Assembly (NCBI GenBank): GCA_040754655.1
Contig: JBFMCE010000102.1
Coordinates: 1-13,040, forward strand
Direction of reading: 5' to 3'
DNA length: 13,040 nucleotides
From: Bdellovibrionota bacterium
Lineage (GTDB): Bacteria; Bdellovibrionota; UBA1018; UBA923
In this document: positions 9,577 to 13,040 of the stretch, piece by piece
Layout of the letters: every line of letters begins with the position of its first letter
Position numbering within the stretch: the first letter of the stretch is position 1
Translations under genes and position numbers: made by a program
The notes under the pieces: model-generated
The model's input: only the letters and a program-made list of their open reading frames with translations
What the model was told of the DNA's origin: nothing
Database searches by the model: none

Positions 9577-9972
9577 CTATTCGTTTGCGAGGAAAGATTT
9601 CACTGCCGGAGGCTTTGGCGAGACCATTTTCGAGCTTCCCTCGAAAATCACGCCTTCATCCACCATGAGGCTAGGTGTAACAATGTTTCCGCGAAAGATC
9701 GCCGGACGATGAATTTCAACCCGGTGTTTTGCGACGATATTGCCGATAACTTCACCATTGATGATGATCGTACCCGCCTCGATCTCGGCGTGCACCTTAG
9801 CACCCTCACCTACGACCAAAACATCGTTGGTGTAGATCTCGCCTCGAAACGTGCCGCCAATGCGCAGAGTGCCCTCGAAACAGAGCTTGCCCTCAAACTC
9901 GCAGCCCTTCTCGATCACCCCACTGACTTCGTGGCTTTCTACAGGTACAGCTAAATCGACTTTTTTCGCCAT
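9577..9972 (-). CDS. Bactofilin (polymer-forming cytoskeletal protein, CcmA/BacM family)
   Basis: Beta-helix repeat pattern IEKGCEFEGKL...LRIGGTFRGEI...LVVGEGAKVHAEI...IIINGEVIGNI...FRGNIVTPSLMVDEGVIFEG. Confidence 0.95.
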   Translation of the reverse strand: MAKKVDLAVPVESHEVSGVIEKGCEFEGKLCFEGTLRIGGTFRGEIYTNDVLVVGEGAKVHAEIEAGTIIINGEVIGNIVAKHRVEIHRPAIFRGNIVTPSLMVDEGVIFEGSSKMVSPKPPAVKSFLANE

Positions 9973-9978
9973 TATTCT

Positions 9979-10929
9979 CTACCGCAAGATTTGTCCGAGC
10001 ACGCGCTCGAGATCATCACCATTAAAATACTCAATAATAATTTTCCCACGATCTGCGTCACCGCGCAATCGCACCTTGGTGGAAAGCTTTGCCGAGAGAT
10101 CTTTCCCTAGATTTTTCATGCGAAGTTGCAGCGGCTCAAGCTTAGAGTCGTCTGCCGAAGCCAGCTGTTCTTCTCTACCTTGTTGCAAATTCTTGATCTT
10201 TTGAATCTGGTTTTCAAGCTCTCTTACTGACCATCGCTTGTCGACCGCTTCCCAAGCAAGTTTTTCGAGTAAAGTCGTGTCTTCAAGTCCTGCTAAGGCT
10301 TTTCCATGGCCAAAACTCAACATTCCATCTCGTAGAAGAGTTTGAACTGGTTGAGGCAACTTCAAAAGCCTTAGATGGTTGGCCACTGAGGTTCTGTCTT
10401 TGCCCATTCTTTCGGCCAAGTTCTCTTGAGTGAGATCGAAGTCTTGTATGAGCTGGTAATAAGCGAGTGCCGTTTCCAGGCAGTTAAGATCTTCGCGTTG
10501 GATGTTCTCAATGAGCGCTAATTCAAGCGCTTCTTTGTCTGTGGTGCGCCTGATGACGATTGGAACCTGTTTCAATCCCGCAAGTTTGGCAGCTCGAAGT
10601 CGTCTTTCACCTGCGATCAATTGATAACCAGAGTTAGCCTTTCGAACAATCAGGGGTTGGATCAAACCGTTCGCGCGAATCGACTGCGCGAGCTCTTCAA
10701 GAGTTTCATCATAGAAGGTCTTTCTGGGTTGAAACGTATTCAGTTGGATATCGTCGATCGCGCACATGCTGATACCGGGATGTCTGTCGCGATTCGAGTC
10801 CGTCTGAGCGGCCGGAGCTGAAGCTCCTTCCGTAGAACCTTGCCCAGCAGGCGTCGCAGAGGAGGGCAAAAGTGATGCTAGCCCCTTTCCTAGGGCCGGA
10901 CGATTGGGAATTGATTTCTGTTTATCCAT
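9979..10929 (-). CDS. parB: Chromosome partitioning protein ParB/Spo0J
   Basis: N-terminal ALGKGLASLL ParA-interaction motif, FQPRK, LIAGERRLRAA (CTP-binding), LIENIQREDL and HTH TQENLAERMGKDRTSVANHLRLL. Confidence 0.98.
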   Translation of the reverse strand: MDKQKSIPNRPALGKGLASLLPSSATPAGQGSTEGASAPAAQTDSNRDRHPGISMCAIDDIQLNTFQPRKTFYDETLEELAQSIRANGLIQPLIVRKANSGYQLIAGERRLRAAKLAGLKQVPIVIRRTTDKEALELALIENIQREDLNCLETALAYYQLIQDFDLTQENLAERMGKDRTSVANHLRLLKLPQPVQTLLRDGMLSFGHGKALAGLEDTTLLEKLAWEAVDKRWSVRELENQIQKIKNLQQGREEQLASADDSKLEPLQLRMKNLGKDLSAKLSTKVRLRGDADRGKIIIEYFNGDDLERVLGQILR

Positions 10930-10949
10930 ACGACTGCACTCTCTATAAA

Positions 10950-11834
10950 TTAAATCGATTTATTTAGCGAAATGTCTGTTTTTGAATCTTGATTGATCGG
11001 ATTCGAAACGGGACCAATGTTTGATGACGATCTAGCAAAAGGCTCAATCGCTGTGCTGCGACCCGCATTGATGTTTCTCGTGATGAGTTCCTTAGCCAAA
11101 TTGAGGTAAGCGATGCTGCCCTTTGAATCGATATCATAAAGCAAGATTGGCTTTCCAAAGCTTGAGCACTCGCTCAACCGGACATTCCTCGGAATCACCG
11201 TTTCAAAAACTTTCGACCCAAAGTGCGTGCGAACCTCGCGCACCACTTCATTGGCAAGGTTGTTTCTGCCGTCAAACATGGTCAATACGATCCCCTCATC
11301 CTGCAAGGAAGGATTGAGGCTCTGCCGAATAAGACCCACTGTGTTCAGAAGCTGTGACAGCCCTTCCAAAGCAAAGTATTCGCATTGAAGTGGCACTAAA
11401 AAACTATCGGCCGCCGTCATGGCATTTACGGTTAGAAGCCCTAATGACGGAGGACAGTCGATAAAGATGTAATCGTACGCCTCTCGAACCTCATGAAGTG
11501 CGGCTTTCAACTTCGTCTCACGAGCAAATGCAGAAACAAGCTCAATTTCAGCGCCAGTGAGATCGTTGTCACTGGGGGCGATAAACAAGCTATCAATTTC
11601 TGTTGGTTTAATGATTTCCGCCATGGAAATTTGACCAATCAGTGCATGATAAAGATTCTTTGAAATAAAACTGGACCGATCTAGTCCGAGAGCAGATGAC
11701 GCATTGCCCTGTGGATCAAGATCGAGAATTAAAGTCTTTCGGTCGGCAACAGCAAGTGAAGCTGCCAAATTCACGGTCGTCGTTGTCTTTCCGACGCCCC
11801 CTTTTTGGTTTGCAACCGCAATAACTCTACCCAT
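10950..11834 (-). CDS. parA: Chromosome partitioning ATPase ParA/Soj
   Basis: Deviant Walker A NQKGGVGKTTT, DLDPQGNAS, IDCPPSLG, PLQCEYFALEG and IPRNVRLSE. Confidence 0.98.
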   Translation of the reverse strand: MGRVIAVANQKGGVGKTTTTVNLAASLAVADRKTLILDLDPQGNASSALGLDRSSFISKNLYHALIGQISMAEIIKPTEIDSLFIAPSDNDLTGAEIELVSAFARETKLKAALHEVREAYDYIFIDCPPSLGLLTVNAMTAADSFLVPLQCEYFALEGLSQLLNTVGLIRQSLNPSLQDEGIVLTMFDGRNNLANEVVREVRTHFGSKVFETVIPRNVRLSECSSFGKPILLYDIDSKGSIAYLNLAKELITRNINAGRSTAIEPFARSSSNIGPVSNPINQDSKTDISLNKSI

Positions 11835-11869
11835 AATTCTCCGAAACCGGCCTCCTACAGATGGCTATT

Positions 11870-11902
11870 GGGAAGACAGCCCTTTAACATGGCTGCCTTC
11901 CC
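11870..11902 (-). other. 12-bp hairpin in the parA 5' leader
   Basis: Minus strand GGGAAGGCAGCC-atgttaaag-GGCTGTCTTCCC. It is fully paired with one G-U wobble on the minus strand; the same position is an A-C mismatch on the plus strand. Confidence 0.65.
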
Positions 11903-12001
11903 TGACTTTGTGGTTGTGGCTACTCAAATCTTTGCCATTTTGATTTTAGGTCCCACCCTAACAAATACCGCTACTGCCCAGATACTCAGGCAATATATTC
12001 A

Positions 12002-12029
12002 AGGCTATCGGAGCTTAGGAAATTCGCAA
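12002..12029 (-). promoter_or_regulatory. Candidate sigma-70 promoter for parAB-bactofilin
   Basis: Minus strand TTGCGA-N16-TAGCCT; both hexamers are imperfect. Confidence 0.3.
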
Positions 12030-12048
12030 GTAGAAAATCTTGTCGTTT

Positions 12049-12064
12049 CGTTCCACGTAGAACA
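12049..12064. promoter_or_regulatory. parS: parS-like centromere site
   Basis: CGTTCCACGTAGAACA matches 14/16 of the palindromic parS variant TGTTCCACGTGGAACA. It is intergenic, 4 nt past the rsmG stop and upstream of parAB. Confidence 0.75.
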
Positions 12065-12068
12065 TTTT

Positions 12069-12728
12069 TTAAACAAGAACGAGCACTCTTTCTCCGAGCC
12101 CATGAGGCAAACTGTAATCGATTTCAATGGCCTCAGCAAAACGTTGCCGCCAGTTCTCTCTCACCTTTGACTGGTCCAAGATATCGAGTTTCTCTTGGGG
12201 CCATGCAGGTCCTTTCATGAGAATCAGCCTGCCAAGATCTGCACGCGTAAAACGCTCTGAGAGATACATGGCAAGTTTAGGCCCTGGTAAGAACCCTCGA
12301 AACCAAAACTCAGATTGTTTGTCCAAATGAGGAACCTCTTCAAAAGATCTCGCAAGCACCGTAACACGTCCCTCTAGGTCTAACTGAGAGACCATACTAT
12401 TCAGCGCATTTGCCTTCTTCTGACGACGTTCAACGAGGGTAACTTGAAGGTTGGGCGTCATGATTGCAAGTAGGATCCCCGGAATTCCTCCTCCACTGCC
12501 TACATCGAACACCTTTTCCGACATTGAACCCAGCGCCTGAAGAGCAAACCAGACATCTGCCACATGTTTACTGGCAATATCTTCGGGTGTCTTAGCGCCT
12601 GTGAGATTGATTTTCTCATTCCATTCAAGAAGCAGCTGAATGTAGCGCCCAAGGCTATTCACCGGAGGGACCCCGCTCTTTTCAAGGGCCTTTAAACATA
12701 CTTCGAGTTCAATTGATGTGGGCTGCAT
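12069..12728 (-). CDS. rsmG: 16S rRNA m7G527 methyltransferase RsmG (GidB)
   Basis: WNEKINLT, HVAD, SAM-binding DVGSGGGIPG, VTLVE-x3-KK and MKG; canonical position between mnmG and parA. Confidence 0.93.
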   Translation of the reverse strand: MQPTSIELEVCLKALEKSGVPPVNSLGRYIQLLLEWNEKINLTGAKTPEDIASKHVADVWFALQALGSMSEKVFDVGSGGGIPGILLAIMTPNLQVTLVERRQKKANALNSMVSQLDLEGRVTVLARSFEEVPHLDKQSEFWFRGFLPGPKLAMYLSERFTRADLGRLILMKGPAWPQEKLDILDQSKVRENWRQRFAEAIEIDYSLPHGLGERVLVLV

Positions 12729-13040
12729 GATCCTTCGACTTCAAGTGCAAGAGGAGCGCCGCCACCGCAGCGGGGGTTATGCCCTGGATACGCAACGCTT
12801 GGCCCAAAGTTTCAGGCCTGACCCTCGAGAGCTTTTCAATAACTTCTGTTGAGAGACCCCCAATCCTTCGGTACTCAAGAGTACTGGGTATCCTCATGGT
12901 CTCATTTTTTGAGTAAGCAGTGAGTAACTCAAGATCTCTCTTGATGTATCCCTCGTATTTTACCTGAATTTCAACCTGCTCAAGAGCATCAATATGATCT
13001 GTTGAGGGCCGGTATCCAATCTTCGACAAGCTTGAAATAG
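12709..13040 (-). CDS. mnmG: tRNA uridine-5-carboxymethylaminomethyl modification enzyme MnmG (GidA), C-terminal fragment truncated by the window
   Basis: EQVEIQVKYEGYI...IP...Y..IGGLSTEVIEKL...RPETLGQA.RIQGITPAA is the GidA C-terminal signature. The frame is open to the window edge and overlaps rsmG by 20 nt. Confidence 0.97.
   Translation of the reverse strand, partial: ISSLSKIGYRPSTDHIDALEQVEIQVKYEGYIKRDLELLTAYSKNETMRIPSTLEYRRIGGLSTEVIEKLSRVRPETLGQALRIQGITPAAVAALLLHLKSKDHAAHIN

Noticed and set aside
10922..10930. TTATCCATA, one mismatch from a DnaA box (also TGTGGATCA at 11711-11719)
   Set aside because: Both are isolated and explained by coding sequence (ParB M-D-K; ParA L-D-P-Q). There is no box cluster or unwinding element, so oriC is not in this window.
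11924..11937. TGGCAaagatTTGA, resembling a sigma-54 promoter upstream of parA
   Set aside because: Spacing is one base short and the conserved -12 GC is missing.
11704..12170. Plus-strand ORFs 11704-11943 and 11805-12170 spanning the rsmG-parA spacer
   Set aside because: They overlap parA and/or rsmG in antisense and show no family features. The spacer is better explained by parS, a promoter and a leader.

Overview
This is an origin-proximal bacterial housekeeping region. On the minus strand it reads mnmG (3' part) - rsmG - [parS-like site and structured leader] - parA - parB - bactofilin - atpF' - atpF - atpH - atpA - atpG - atpD - atpC. These are followed by an 808-aa probable exported protein, which converges on a plus-strand SLT/LysM lytic transglycosylase truncated at the window's left edge. 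The gene order (parAB-bactofilin-b'-b-F1, with no atpB/atpE) points to a Bdellovibrionota or related former-Deltaproteobacteria genome; this is inference. The most interesting signals are: (1) a correctly spaced sigma-28/FliA-type promoter in front of the 808-aa gene; (2) an A-B-A'-B' internal duplication of beta-sandwich domains on a long disordered stalk in that protein; (3) a parS-like palindrome next to a candidate parAB promoter and a three-hairpin leader whose pairing favours the transcribed strand. No mobile elements, CRISPR arrays, rRNA or tRNA genes were seen.
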